Below, piece after piece: positions 12,432 through 24,173 of a stretch of 64,000 nt of DNA (position 1 is its first letter; each line of letters opens with the position of its first letter). The DNA comes from Proteromonas lacertae. Taxonomy: Eukaryota. Where the stretch lies: assembly GCA_002245135.1 (NCBI GenBank), contig NGBS01000876.1, positions 186,001-250,000 of the forward strand, read 5' to 3'. Below the pieces are notes generated by a model. The model was not told the origin of the DNA, made no database searches, and saw nothing but the letters and a program-made list of their open reading frames with translations. A program made the translations under genes and the position numbers.

Positions 12432-12824
12432 TTACTCAGCATCAGATTCATCTTTGCTGTTCTTCTTTGGTAATAAAGCAGGTTCAATATTAGCAAGAAC
12501 ACCACCAGCTGCAATTGTTACATTAGAGAACAACTTTGATAATTCTTCATCGTTTCTAATGGCTAATTGAATGTGTCTTGGAACAATTCTGCTCTTCTTG
12601 TTATCTCTTACAGCATTTCCTGCTAATTCTAATACTTCAGCAACTAAATATTCAATGACTGAACATAAGTAAACTGGAGCTGAAGCACCAATACGTTCAG
12701 CTACATTCAATTCTCTCATGTATCTTGCAATACGACCTACTGGGAATGATAAACCAGCTTTGGCTGAACGTGATACAGCTTTACCAGCACCCTTACCTCT
12801 TCCTCCTTTACCTTTACCTGACAT
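12432..12824 (-). CDS. H2A: Histone H2A (intronless)
   Basis: [48 protein letters not shown]. Confidence 0.98.
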   Translation of the reverse strand: MSGKGKGGRGKGAGKAVSRSAKAGLSFPVGRIARYMRELNVAERIGASAPVYLCSVIEYLVAEVLELAGNAVRDNKKSRIVPRHIQLAIRNDEELSKLFSNVTIAAGGVLANIEPALLPKKNSKDESDAE

Positions 12825-13331
12825 GTTTATGAAAGTTTAAGTGAATATAAAACTTTAAGAAAAGTGAAAATGAAAGTTTTATAAAAAAATGTGAAACTAC
12901 AAGCTTTCTCAAGTTTGAGTTATTGATGACCAATAAAAAGAGTTAAAACTATAAGATCAAAAATAAGATCCATCACTTTCAGCAAATCAGCTTTCATTTT
13001 TTCATTTTTTATTTTTTGCTTTTATCTTCTTATTATGTAGTTTAAATCCTTAGATAATGTGTGATAATAGTAAGAACAGAGCGTTATAGTATTGTATTGG
13101 AGTGAAATATTGTAATGTCGATTTATTTCATTTGTAATTGGTGAGAAATATAAGAAAATCGTTAAATTATAACTGATTTTCTATTATATGCTAGAATAGT
13201 GTATTTTTGTTATCATTACAATAAGAAATCTTAAATTTTATGTTGTAGCAAATGTATTATTTATGTATTTGAATGGATGATATGCAAAATAATTAATATA
13301 ATCATTCATTGTTATGGATTATAAGAATTTA

Positions 13332-14882
13332 TTATAATATTGGACAAATTCCAGTTTTTCTTCATGATATATTATGTTAGGTTTTTCATTCGTTTTTTCT
13401 TCTAATTGTTTAAGTAATTTTACTATTTGCTTTTCTTTCTCCTGTTTTCTTTTATATTCTTCATTATACACACTTATTGTCTGTAAATTATTTCTTATTC
13501 CTTCTAATTCTTTTTGTTTCATTTTCATATCTTCTTTTCTTTTTTCATTTGAAATATTCTTTTTTAATAATTCTTCTAATTGGGATTTAATTGTTTCTTT
13601 TATGTGATGTTTTGAATTATATTCTCCCTGAAGTTTTTTCATTACTTTTTTCTAATTCTTCAATACACATTCTATATTCAACATCAAATTCATCACTTCC
13701 TAGTTGGATAGCATTTCTCTTGAAGAGGAAATAAGTGTTTCTATTGATTATAATGTTAGTATATTATACTTCTTTAAATTCAAATATTAGTCTGTTATTA
13801 TGACTTTCAGTAATCATTTCATAAAATATATCAGTTCCTAATTTCTGTTGTTTCAATATATTATCACACATCAAACCAAATATTGATAGTAGCTCTTGTT
13901 TATTCTTAAACTTGGGAATAAGATTCTTTGGATTTAATGAATTGACAAAGTAATGATGAATAATTTCTATAAAACACTCTCTAATAACTTTTTTATCCCC
14001 TTTAAATTCTTCATACTCAACATCTCTCCCTGGATGAGGGAATGGATAAACATGAACAGAATCTGGTCTAAAGTATTCTTTTAATCTTTCAAAATCTTCC
14101 TATTGATGTGAATTAAAAAATTATATTATACATATAAATTGGAATCTGGATTATTCAACATTAGCGATTGATATTGTTTGTATTCTTCTTTCATTTCATT
14201 TATATCACTCTTTGTATATTTTGCATCTCTCACAATAATATCTAAAGATGGTATGTTTTCTTTATCCACAGCTACTGAGTGATTAGCTAAAACTGTTAAG
14301 TTAAGGAGCTCTTTTGGTTTAATATTTCCAGAAATATTAAATATTATATGAGATGATAAAAAGTTTGTTAAAGCAAATAGAACTTGATCCACTCCTCCTT
14401 CTTGGTCTAAAGCATCTAATCCTTGGCTATCTACTAAATAAATAGCCATTTTTTCTCTTGAATTAGATGGATTATCAATGATGAAAGGTCTACATAAAGC
14501 ATGTAATCCTGATGTTACAGAATCATCACCTGAAGCATATCTAAATGAGTTAGCTCCATTTCTATCAAAATGTAAATCTTCAATGCTAAATCCATCAAAA
14601 TCTATGAATATATATATAGCACACAACATAATCATACTCCCATGATTTTCTAACCATAAGAAAACATCGATTAAAACATTAATAAGAAATGATTTACCGA
14701 TTCTAGTCTTTCCAGCAACTGACAGAATGACGACAGGCATGTTATCAGGAATGCTTGATAGCATTTTTTCACAATTGACTTTAACATATTCTAATTTATT
14801 TTTAGTTTTGTCAATTATCTATAAATCATTCATATAAAAGTAATGATCATACTCTAACAACTTCATAGTTGAAGGATGACAT
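13332..14882 (-). CDS. Guanylate-binding protein/atlastin-like large GTPase with coiled-coil tail (4 introns)
   Basis: G1 AGKTRIGKS, DSQG, IVRD, FPHPG. One extra A at the 13355-13359 run yields a C-terminal CPIL*. As assembled the stop is at 13319. Confidence 0.85.
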
Positions 14883-14909
14883 TTTAACAAAAAAGAGTCG
14901 TTTCAATTT

Positions 14910-14972
14910 TTTATGTAATTTCTATTTACATAAAAAAACTAACTATTTACATAAATGAACTATTTACATAAA
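14910..14972. repeat. Three direct CTATTTACATAAA repeats plus one inverted TTACATAAA in the GBP bidirectional promoter
   Basis: Copies at 14922-14934, 14943-14955 and 14960-14972. TTTATGTAA at 14910-14918. Confidence 0.8.
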
Positions 14973-15032
14973 TAACATCCAATTATATCACACTTACATA
15001 TATCTACAATCTAAAGATTATTTTCTAAAAAA

Positions 15033-16623
15033 ATGAGCAGCAGTTGTGAGTCTGTGGAAGTATTAATTAATAATTATTGCCAATAATATTGTATAGATTG
15101 TATATTGGGATAAAAAAAAGTTAGACTTAAAGAAAGATAATCTCATTAAGATCACAAGTAGTATTCCTTCTAACCTTCCCATTGCTATATTGAATGTATC
15201 TGGTGAGTTTAGAACAGGTAAATCAACATTATTGAATTTAATCTTCTCAATATTATTGAAATATGAGAAGTGTAGACGTATATTATGATATAATATATTT
15301 TATAGATGTATGTGGCATTCATATAGAAGATTTGAAGCTAGATTGCGGTTGTTTAAACAAAGATCATAAAGATAGTAATGGTTTTGGATGGAGAGCTGGA
15401 AATGAACCATGTACAAAGGGAATTCGAATGTTAAATCGTTATTTTGTAATTCCCAATCCTGCAGATAAGTTAAAGAATATGGCAGTGTTATTAGTTGATA
15501 CTGAAGTATAATATAATTTTTTTAATAAATGAATAGGGATTAGAAGCAAATAATACTACAAACGGAAGTGATGAAGTATTATTTGGTATTTCAAATTTAA
15601 TGAGTTCTTTATTGATATTAAACCAAAAAAGTCATATTGGTAAAAGTGATATAGCAAATCTTCGATTATTAGTAGAGTTTTGTCCTCCAGAAAAAGAAAA
15701 ATGTAATAGTTCATTCTGTGGAATAGAATTATTAATGAGGGATTATAAGTATAACAGTAGAGAGATAAGCAAACAATTGATGCAAATTAGCAAATTTAAA
15801 AAAAGTATATTTGAATCAAAAGAAGAATCTGTAAAGAATGTATAAATTCATAATAATAATATAATGATGATAGAATTTTGAGATTATAAATGCCTCTTAC
15901 AGATATGTTGATATTTTTGGATTGCCACAACCAGGTGAAGGTGTAGACAATGAAGATTTCAAAGGTAATATGGAAAAATTTAGTGATGAATTTAAAGAAT
16001 TAACATTACATTATATATTAGAGTTATTGACAGAAAAATTACATCCAACATTTGGAAATAAGGAAGAGTTTTATTGCTTATGTGAAACATTAAATACATT
16101 TTTAAGTAAAGGAATACCTCAATTAAGTCAAATGCATAGAATTTTCATTGAAAATAAGAATCAAATGATGCTAAACAAAATAATGACAGTATATTTGAAT
16201 TTTATGAATGAATAGGAATTAATCAATCCATTAAAAGAAAAATTTGAAAAGAATATCAATGTGGATCAGTTGATTAGGGAATGTGATATTGTTTCAAGAA
16301 AAGTAGAAGAATATGGAAGTAAATTTGTAGGAACAGAAGAGATGAAAAAAGAGAAAATGGATTATATCTATGGAGAATTAAAATTATTAAGAAAAGAAAG
16401 TGAACATAGAAAATATCACGAAAAACAAATCCAATTATTAGAAGAAGAAAAGAATAAAACTGCTGAAGAAAGAAAAAGAATTGAAGAACAAAGATTAGAA
16501 TGCCAAAAGAATACTGAAAAATTAAATGAAGAAATAGAGAAATTAACTCTAGAAATAAAAAATCGTCCTGCTCCAGTTTATTATATGCATAATCATCATC
16601 ATAGTAGTTGTATTATTCAATAA
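15033..16623 (+). CDS. Guanylate-binding protein/atlastin-like large GTPase, C-terminal CaaX (5 introns)
   Basis: SGEFRTGKS, GFGWRAGNEPCTKGI, DTE|G, LMRD, LPQPG, coiled coil, ends CIIQ*. Confidence 0.88.
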
Positions 16624-16780
16624 AAGCTTTAACTAATTTCATATTATTTATAAAATATTATAAGATTATTCTTAATTTTTGTTTGTTTGCTGTAACAAAA
16701 AATGTATAAAAATATAATCTTATTAAATTTGTTATACATTATTATTCATATTATTACAACTATCTAAACTATAATCACTA

Positions 16781-18281
16781 TTATTCAACATATTCATTCT
16801 TTCTTTATTACAATAATAACACAATTTTAATTCTATAAAAAATAATTATAATAAAAGAATAACATACTACGATTAAATAATCTTCTATTCAATTTCACTC
16901 CACTTCTTCTTGCTAATATACAAGCTGTACCTTGACATAACTGACAACCACTTCCCTTTGTATTATTATATAATGCAGAATTATTAATATTAGATGAAGT
17001 AGTAGGAGATGAAGAGAATGACAATAAATTATGATATCTTTCAGCATCTTTTGCATATTGTAAACCACACGCATTACACAGTATAAATCTATCTGGAGGA
17101 GGTGATCTTCTCCATTTAGGAGTATGAGTTGTACCACATTCATGACAGACTCTTTGATATATTGGAACTTTTGGACGTCTAAGAAATGACTATTTCATTA
17201 TTAAAACCAATATTATATATTTATATATACATTATCACTTTCAGTTCTTTCTAAATTTTCAACAGAGAATTCACGTGATGTTATTATTGGTGTAGTAACT
17301 GATGATGATGAAGAAGAAGAAGTAGGAAGAGAAGAAGAGAATGGATCATTAATATTTCTAGATAAATAATTAGGTTTTGTTCTAAGCAAATGGGAAGAAG
17401 AAACAAATGAATATGATTTATTTTGTTGTTGTTGTTGTTGTTGTTTGATTCTATCCAATATAAGAGGTGAATTTGGTATTTCTAAAGATAAACTATCTAA
17501 AGATTGTTGTAGATATTCTCTATTTCCCCATTCTAAGCATTCAGGAGTAGAATTCAAATCAATATCTAATGAATGAGTTAAATCGAAGTTTGGAGTTATT
17601 AATGAAGATGGTTGCGGAGATACTATTTGATTCAAATGAGTATTTTTAGAAGAATACAGAGAGAAGGAGAGAAGAAAGAAGATGATGAGTTAGGAATTGG
17701 ATTATCAAGTGAAAAGTCATTACAGCGAGGGAATGGATTTGGTGAGAATTCGTATGTATATTGCTTCATTGGACTTCTAGTTATATATATATTGTTACAA
17801 CTATTATATATACCCTGGAGCTGATAATGTTGTAGGTAATGTTAGACTAAGAGGAGGTAATTCTATTAACATATAATTATATAAATAAACAAACCAGAAT
17901 GGGATGGTTGACTAACTGGTGACCAATTATCTTCACATATTTTTTGTGAATCTGTCTATTTCAATAATATAATAATATTTATACATTTTGACATTTTTTA
18001 ATATCTTTATATTTGACATTCAAGCCCATAAAAGCATTACTCGAGTTGTTTTCACAAACAGACAGTGATTCACATTTCTGTAAAAGATTATCGTGTTTTT
18101 CTAAAGGAATCTGCTGATTAAATTCACTCTTATATATAATATTATACCTAACAAAATATACAACAAAATTAGCATAATTTGGTGTATCTGAAAAGGCTTC
18201 ACTCCTAGTTCTCATCAATTTTGGGATGACTATGTTTGGTGAAGTGATTGTATCCACCAAGGTTGTATTTCTCTCCTGCAT
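16781..18281 (-). CDS. GATA-type zinc finger transcription factor with S/P/Q-rich N-terminus (multi-exon)
   Basis: Exon near 17060-17150 (missed by the ORF track in this frame) reads CHECGTTHTPKWRRSPPPDRFILCNACGL. Confidence 0.85.
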
Positions 18282-18457
18282 ATCCGAATTAAAAAGTAAA
18301 AAAACAAGAATTCTTCAAATCACTATTTTCAAGCTTTCTTCTCTTCACACTCTTCGGAAGTAGCTAACGATACAACATCACTTTGTCGGTTATGCAAATT
18401 TGTCAGAAATAAAAAATATTATTTTTAATTTTATATATATAACACAAATTACTAAAC

Positions 18458-19935
18458 TTATATCTTTTCCATCATCATTTCAATTACTTTGTACTTATTC
18501 TCAATATTCTTTAGTCTAAAATTCCTTAACTCAAAAATCGCCAAATTTCTATCAATCTTTATAGAATTCTGTAACATTGCATGTCTTATATCTCTTAATT
18601 TAGCCACTTGTTGAGATATATTCTTAGCTAAATCTGCTGATGATGTTGGTGGTTGTTTAACATTCTCTTTCACTTCAACCTTTGGTATAGTATTTACACC
18701 ATTACTATTCTCTTCAACAGGAGTTGTATTTTGTTGTTGCTGTTGTTGTTGTATGGTTGGTATAACAGCTGGTACTTGTGGTGGTGGTGGTGGTGTTAGT
18801 GATTGTACTGATAGTGGTGGAGGTGGTTCAGTTGGTGGTGGAGGAGGAGATGAAGGAGGAGATGGTAGAGGAGGAGATTCTGAAATTTTGGGAATATTTA
18901 TATTATCATTAAAATGATAAGGAGGTGATGATGATGATGAATTATGATTATTATATTTATCATTATATTTATCGTTATTATTATCTTCATCTCTATTTAT
19001 ATTGGATTTATAATGATCATTATTATTACTATAACTTCTTTTATAATTGTTATAGTCATAATTTCTATTATTATTATTATTATAAGAATATCGATTATTA
19101 TAATGATCATTGTATTTATTATTACTATATCGACTACTACTAGCCCAATCTCTATCATTATTATTATTTGAATACTCTCTTCGTTTATACGATGAAATAT
19201 AAGGAGATGAAGTTGAAGATGATTGATTATTATTATAACTTCGATTATAGCAACTATTATTGCGTCTATATGGACTATCTATTACTGGTGTTCGTGGAGG
19301 TGATGAACTAACAGGAGGAGGCGGAGATGATCTACGATATGGTGAAGAATGAGATTCAGTACTATATTTATAATTGTAATTATTACTACGATTGTTATTG
19401 TTATAACTTCTACTATGACTTCTACTGCGACTGTAACTTCTACTCCTACTACGGCTGATACTTCTTGATCTGCTTCTACTTCGGCTTATACTACGACTAA
19501 AACTTTTACTTCTACTCCTGCTTCTACTTCTATCTCTGATAAATTGATCTTTATTTCTATCATTGTAATAACCTCTTGGTTTGTAAGTATCTTTATAAAA
19601 ATTATTTGGATAAGAATTACGAGTGAATCTATTATCTCTATAATTATTTTTATTTATATTATCATTGCGGTAATAACCACGATCTTCAGAGTCTCTTCTT
19701 TGATAAAATGGCTTTGGTCTATCATTGCTATCCCTACTACTGTAACCCCCTCTCCCACTATAACTATCATGATTATTATATGGACGAGAAGGAGTGTAAG
19801 GACGGCTTTGATAGTTATCTTTATCATAACTGTATCTTCTCCTTCCAGGGTCCTATAAGATTATTACAGAAATCATACAAAACTATTTCTATCGTAACTG
19901 TTTACTCTGTTATTATTATTTTTTGATTCATCCAT
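18458..19935 (-). CDS. RS-rich/Asn-rich/Pro-rich low-complexity protein with C-terminal coiled coil
   Basis: ATG 19935, intron 19853-19878, then a 1395-nt open exon with RSRSRSRS tracts and PPPP runs joining the ORF that ends at 18458. Confidence 0.75.
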
Positions 19936-19976
19936 TTCGGCTTGAATAAAATTTGTGTTTATAGAAACGACTATAA

Positions 19977-22900
19977 ATGATGAAATCTTTCTTTTTATTT
20001 CTGTTTCTATTCTGCGTCTGTGAGTGTAGTGTTGTGTATAATCAGACAGTAGAGATATATCAAGATGATTTAGAGAATATGTATACAAATTATGAAGAAT
20101 ATCCAAGTAATGAAATTAAGAACGCAAAAGAGTTTCATGTATATCCTGGAAGAGCATTGATCTCTTTTGAGCTTCTCAATCACAATATATATCTAAGGAA
20201 CTACAAACCTCTTCCAAATCTTAAAGAAGAGAAAAACCTTGGTGCTTACTCTCCTATGTATGGTAAAACATTGTTGATTGGAATATATCGAGCAAAAGAT
20301 AGAAAAGGTACAGGTTGCATGACAGTAGCAATATGTAAGAAATACAGACAGTATGTAGAGTTTGGTGTTAAATTATGGACAGGTAATCAAGTGAGATTAA
20401 ATACAGGAGATGATGAAGGGTATATATCTTCAGTCTGTCTTGATGTTGAAGATAAGTATTATGATGCTTCAAAAACAGGTGCTTTAGAAGCTCAAATAAT
20501 GGCAAAAGCAATAGAAGCAGATGGTGATAAAGCTAGAACATGGGCTACAAGATGGTTTATAACAGATTGGTTCGGTGGAGGTTGGGAAGGTTTAGCTGCG
20601 GTTGGAAGTCCATCTGCAATGACAAATAAAAAAACAAACTATTGGTTGTATACTCAAGATAACTATTATGGTAATGAAGATCCAAATATGGGTAGATTAT
20701 CTACTCTAATGCATGAATATACTCACAATCTAGGATTTAGCCATTCTAATACAGTCGGTGCAAAGCATTCAGGTCAATTCTATCATTTTGTTACAGTTGA
20801 TGGATATGGTGATTGTGGTAGTTATATGGGCAATTGTGCTAGTTGGACAAATCCACCGTGTATGAGTAGTTATAGATTCGTTGCTACAGGTAATAAGCCA
20901 GAACCATGGCAGTTTCCAACTGTTGCAAAAGGTAAACATACTTATCGATTATATGCAATGGATCATCCTTATTCTAGACATTTCTTAGGAACAACAGAAG
21001 CTTATCACAAGCCTGATGAAGTATTTGATGGTTTAGAGTTTAAATACCACTGTTTAGCTTTAGAAATACCAATTAGTAAAGATATGAGTAGTAAATTTGA
21101 TGGAGATAATTATGCTGCTATTAATGTTGAATATAGAATGAATGCTCATGGTCTAAGTGGTGCTAAAACGAATGGTGCAAGAATAACATACGGTGTATCA
21201 CATGTAAGTGGTTTTAAGAAGAATTTGTGTAATGTTTTACAAGCTAATGTTGATCAAATGGGTAGTTGGGAAGATAGTGAATTACCATTTGGAAGTGTAT
21301 ATTATCCTTGGGATATAGATACTGGTACTTTATCATTTCAAATTAAAAAGATTCATAAGAAACCAATGATGGCTTCTATGGAAGAAATGGTAGTTCAAAA
21401 TGATAAGAGAGGATTTAAAGATGCTCCATATCTAGATATTGAAATTAATTACAATCCAGGAGTTAAGCAAAATAGACCAAATGGTAAAGTAACACCATTA
21501 AACATGAAATTCTCTCCATCGTGGTTTAACTGTAAGAAGAAGGATGATACTTATGGATATATATGTCAAAGATCAACATCAACTGGTAGTGGATGGGGTT
21601 ATGTTGAAGATGAATATGAAAGATCAACAGGACCAAGAATCTATACCAATCAATTAAAATATTATCAACCTATTTATGGATTCAAGACATATAATGGAAA
21701 AGCTTCTTTCCTATGGATTGTATGTTATGGTGCTAGTGGAAGAGTTTGTCCCAGAATGGAAATACAAGATGCAAAACTAACAGATTTCACTCTGAAATAC
21801 TATCAATTTGCTACAGTTACGAGAGCTAAGAATGTAGTTAATGCTACTGAAGAAGATTATGGAAAAGGAATTGTACTTTACGGTGAAAATGTTAAAGTTC
21901 CTGAAGGTGGAAGTATATATGCAACTGATTTATATTATGGTGAATATAAATTATCTGTTAAGAATGGTAAATTCTTTGCCATATTACCAAATCTAGATAT
22001 TGAAGGAATAGGAGAATTAGCTGTAGTAATTAAAGACAAATCAGGAACTGTAGTTAGTTATAAACCATTCACAATATATAGAGATACAAACAATGAAAGA
22101 ATTACAGTAACTAAAATAGAAAAGGATATTATAAATGTTGATGGAAATACAACCACAACATCTACAGAAATAACCTATAACATTGGAGTAGCTGCAATTG
22201 ATGCTGGTAGATTTACATCTCCATCAATGGTAATTAAGCAGACAATTAGTGCAGAAAAATGGTTTTATTATCCATTAATGGATTTGGCTTGGAATGATTA
22301 CTTTTATATTGATTTTGGAGGTACAATTCCAAGTGGTTTAACAATGACAATTGAAGTTGATACTGGTAATTATGTGGTAGATTTATTTGAACTGGAAGGT
22401 CATAGTAGTGTGTCTTATAAAATAGGATTATTAGATTTGAATGATAAGATGGGATGTTTATGTGATATATATAAATTCAAATTCAGTAAAACAGTTGAAA
22501 TAGTGAATATAAGGCCAGTTTATGCCAATCCTACAGGTAATCAAATAGCAAAAGTTGACAATAAAACTGACACACTAGAATATGATGGATATAATTATAA
22601 AATATCAACAACAGCAACAGGAGCGAAATTTTCATTTAAATCATTTAGTAGAAATATCGATGGTAAAACATACTCATTTTCAAGTACAGGTGCTTCTTAT
22701 GCTGGTATAAAAATTAAACCAATTCATAGTAGTAGTAGTTCATCTGCAACAACAACCATTCTTATTGTTGTTGCAGTTATAGCTGGTGTATTAGTTATTG
22801 TTGTTGGTTATTGTTATATAAAGAAGAAGAAGATGAGTGGTGGTAGTAGAGCTTATAACAGTTCAAGACCACCAATGATGAATCCTGCGTATAATCCTGC

Positions 22901-23048
22901 TTCTAGACCTCCACCGATGGTATATCCTGGTTATGGTAGAACAATGGCGCCTAGAGCACCATATCCTGGTGCAATGCCTCCAAGAGGAGCATATGGAGCA
23001 ACTATGCCACCTGCAGCAGGAGGATATACTGGAGGTTATAGAAGATAG
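19977..23048 (+). CDS. Intronless membrane-anchored metzincin metalloprotease (peptidase M11/gametolysin-like)
   Basis: Signal peptide, HEYTHNLGFSH zinc motif, YGDCGSYMG Met-turn, TM helix followed by KKKK, Pro/Tyr/Gly-rich cytoplasmic tail. Confidence 0.8.
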   Translation: MMKSFFLFLFLFCVCECSVVYNQTVEIYQDDLENMYTNYEEYPSNEIKNAKEFHVYPGRALISFELLNHNIYLRNYKPLPNLKEEKNLGAYSPMYGKTLLIGIYRAKDRKGTGCMTVAICKKYRQYVEFGVKLWTGNQVRLNTGDDEGYISSVCLDVEDKYYDASKTGALEAQIMAKAIEADGDKARTWATRWFITDWFGGGWEGLAAVGSPSAMTNKKTNYWLYTQDNYYGNEDPNMGRLSTLMHEYTHNLGFSHSNTVGAKHSGQFYHFVTVDGYGDCGSYMGNCASWTNPPCMSSYRFVATGNKPEPWQFPTVAKGKHTYRLYAMDHPYSRHFLGTTEAYHKPDEVFDGLEFKYHCLALEIPISKDMSSKFDGDNYAAINVEYRMNAHGLSGAKTNGARITYGVSHVSGFKKNLCNVLQANVDQMGSWEDSELPFGSVYYPWDIDTGTLSFQIKKIHKKPMMASMEEMVVQNDKRGFKDAPYLDIEINYNPGVKQNRPNGKVTPLNMKFSPSWFNCKKKDDTYGYICQRSTSTGSGWGYVEDEYERSTGPRIYTNQLKYYQPIYGFKTYNGKASFLWIVCYGASGRVCPRMEIQDAKLTDFTLKYYQFATVTRAKNVVNATEEDYGKGIVLYGENVKVPEGGSIYATDLYYGEYKLSVKNGKFFAILPNLDIEGIGELAVVIKDKSGTVVSYKPFTIYRDTNNERITVTKIEKDIINVDGNTTTTSTEITYNIGVAAIDAGRFTSPSMVIKQTISAEKWFYYPLMDLAWNDYFYIDFGGTIPSGLTMTIEVDTGNYVVDLFELEGHSSVSYKIGLLDLNDKMGCLCDIYKFKFSKTVEIVNIRPVYANPTGNQIAKVDNKTDTLEYDGYNYKISTTATGAKFSFKSFSRNIDGKTYSFSSTGASYAGIKIKPIHSSSSSSATTTILIVVAVIAGVLVIVVGYCYIKKKKMSGGSRAYNSSRPPMMNPAYNPASRPPPMVYPGYGRTMAPRAPYPGAMPPRGAYGATMPPAAGGYTGGYRR

Positions 23049-23149
23049 ATTGTGTTGTTATTATAATAATATGAATATATAAATGTGTTTTTTTCACTTA
23101 AAAAAATGATATTAAATAACCATGAAACGACTCTATTTTCATTAAAGAA

Positions 23150-24173
23150 ATGAAATCTTTCGTAAATAATGTAATATCCTCCCTATTACCGTATGATGCT
23201 GAAGTATATTTTGTTAAATTACATTTTTAGATAAAAGAAAGAGTAGAAAAGAGTAATAGCGAAGTAGATTTGTTTGTACAACATCAAAATGACATAAAAA
23301 TTATGAAAATCCTAAATGTTGGTGAAATTAAAGAAAAGAAAGTGTTGAAATTTTGCGAGAATAACTCGTTGCTGTCAGATTATTGTTCATCGTTCATTGT
23401 ACTTTCTAAAGTGTTTCATGTGAATAATGACAATGAATATATGATAATAACACGAGATTTTTATCAAAGAGATTTAAAAGAGGTAATTCAGAGTAATTCT
23501 CTTTCACAAAGTGATATATGTAGTATGATATGTTCAATATGTGATATATTTATGATATTAAGTGAATATAACACAATGGTGAGTAATTTTATAAGCAGTA
23601 ATATTATCTATAATATGAATAGTGGTATAAAAATTGGTGATATATTTTTAAGTGATTTGCGAAAAGAAAAAGATTTGAGAGTGTATGATATATGCTTTAA
23701 ATCCCCAGAAGAGTTGAATGGATTGGAATGCATTAATAAAAGTGTGATTTGGTCAATCGGTTGTATATTATATGAAATGATTTGTAAGATATTACCATTT
23801 AATGAAAATAATAATATGAATAATATCAAAGACAATATTCTGAGATGTAAATACAGTTTTGATGTAGAATGTGATGATTCAATGAAGAAAATGATAGATA
23901 GAATGTTGAAAGTGAAGAATGAAGAGAGATTAAGTTTTGAAGAATTGAAAAAAGACATTAATAGAAAGATTAAAAGATTATCGACCATTAAGAAAGATTA
24001 ACTTATCTGGTAATGAATTTGGTGAAAGTGAATTAATGTTGATGAAAGAAAACAAAGAAGTGTTTGAGAATTTGGGTGAATTGTCAATGACATTGAAAGA
24101 TAGTATAGATAAATCAGTATTAGAATCATTTTCAGAAACATTTTCATCAATTGAAATTATTAAATTAGATTGA
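23150..24173 (+). CDS. Short pseudokinase + single terminal LRR (paralog of 314-3598; 1-nt frameshift near 23995)
   Basis: Exon 1 MKSFVNNVISSLLPYDAE, 27-nt intron, near-identical KSPEELNGLEC..KSVIWSIGC. After the frameshift, INLSGNEFGE...MKENKEVF matches the last exon of the long copy. Confidence 0.75.

Noticed and set aside
18925..19926. Plus-strand Ile/Tyr-rich ORFs
   Set aside because: Antisense shadows of the Asn/Arg/Ser-rich minus-strand gene.
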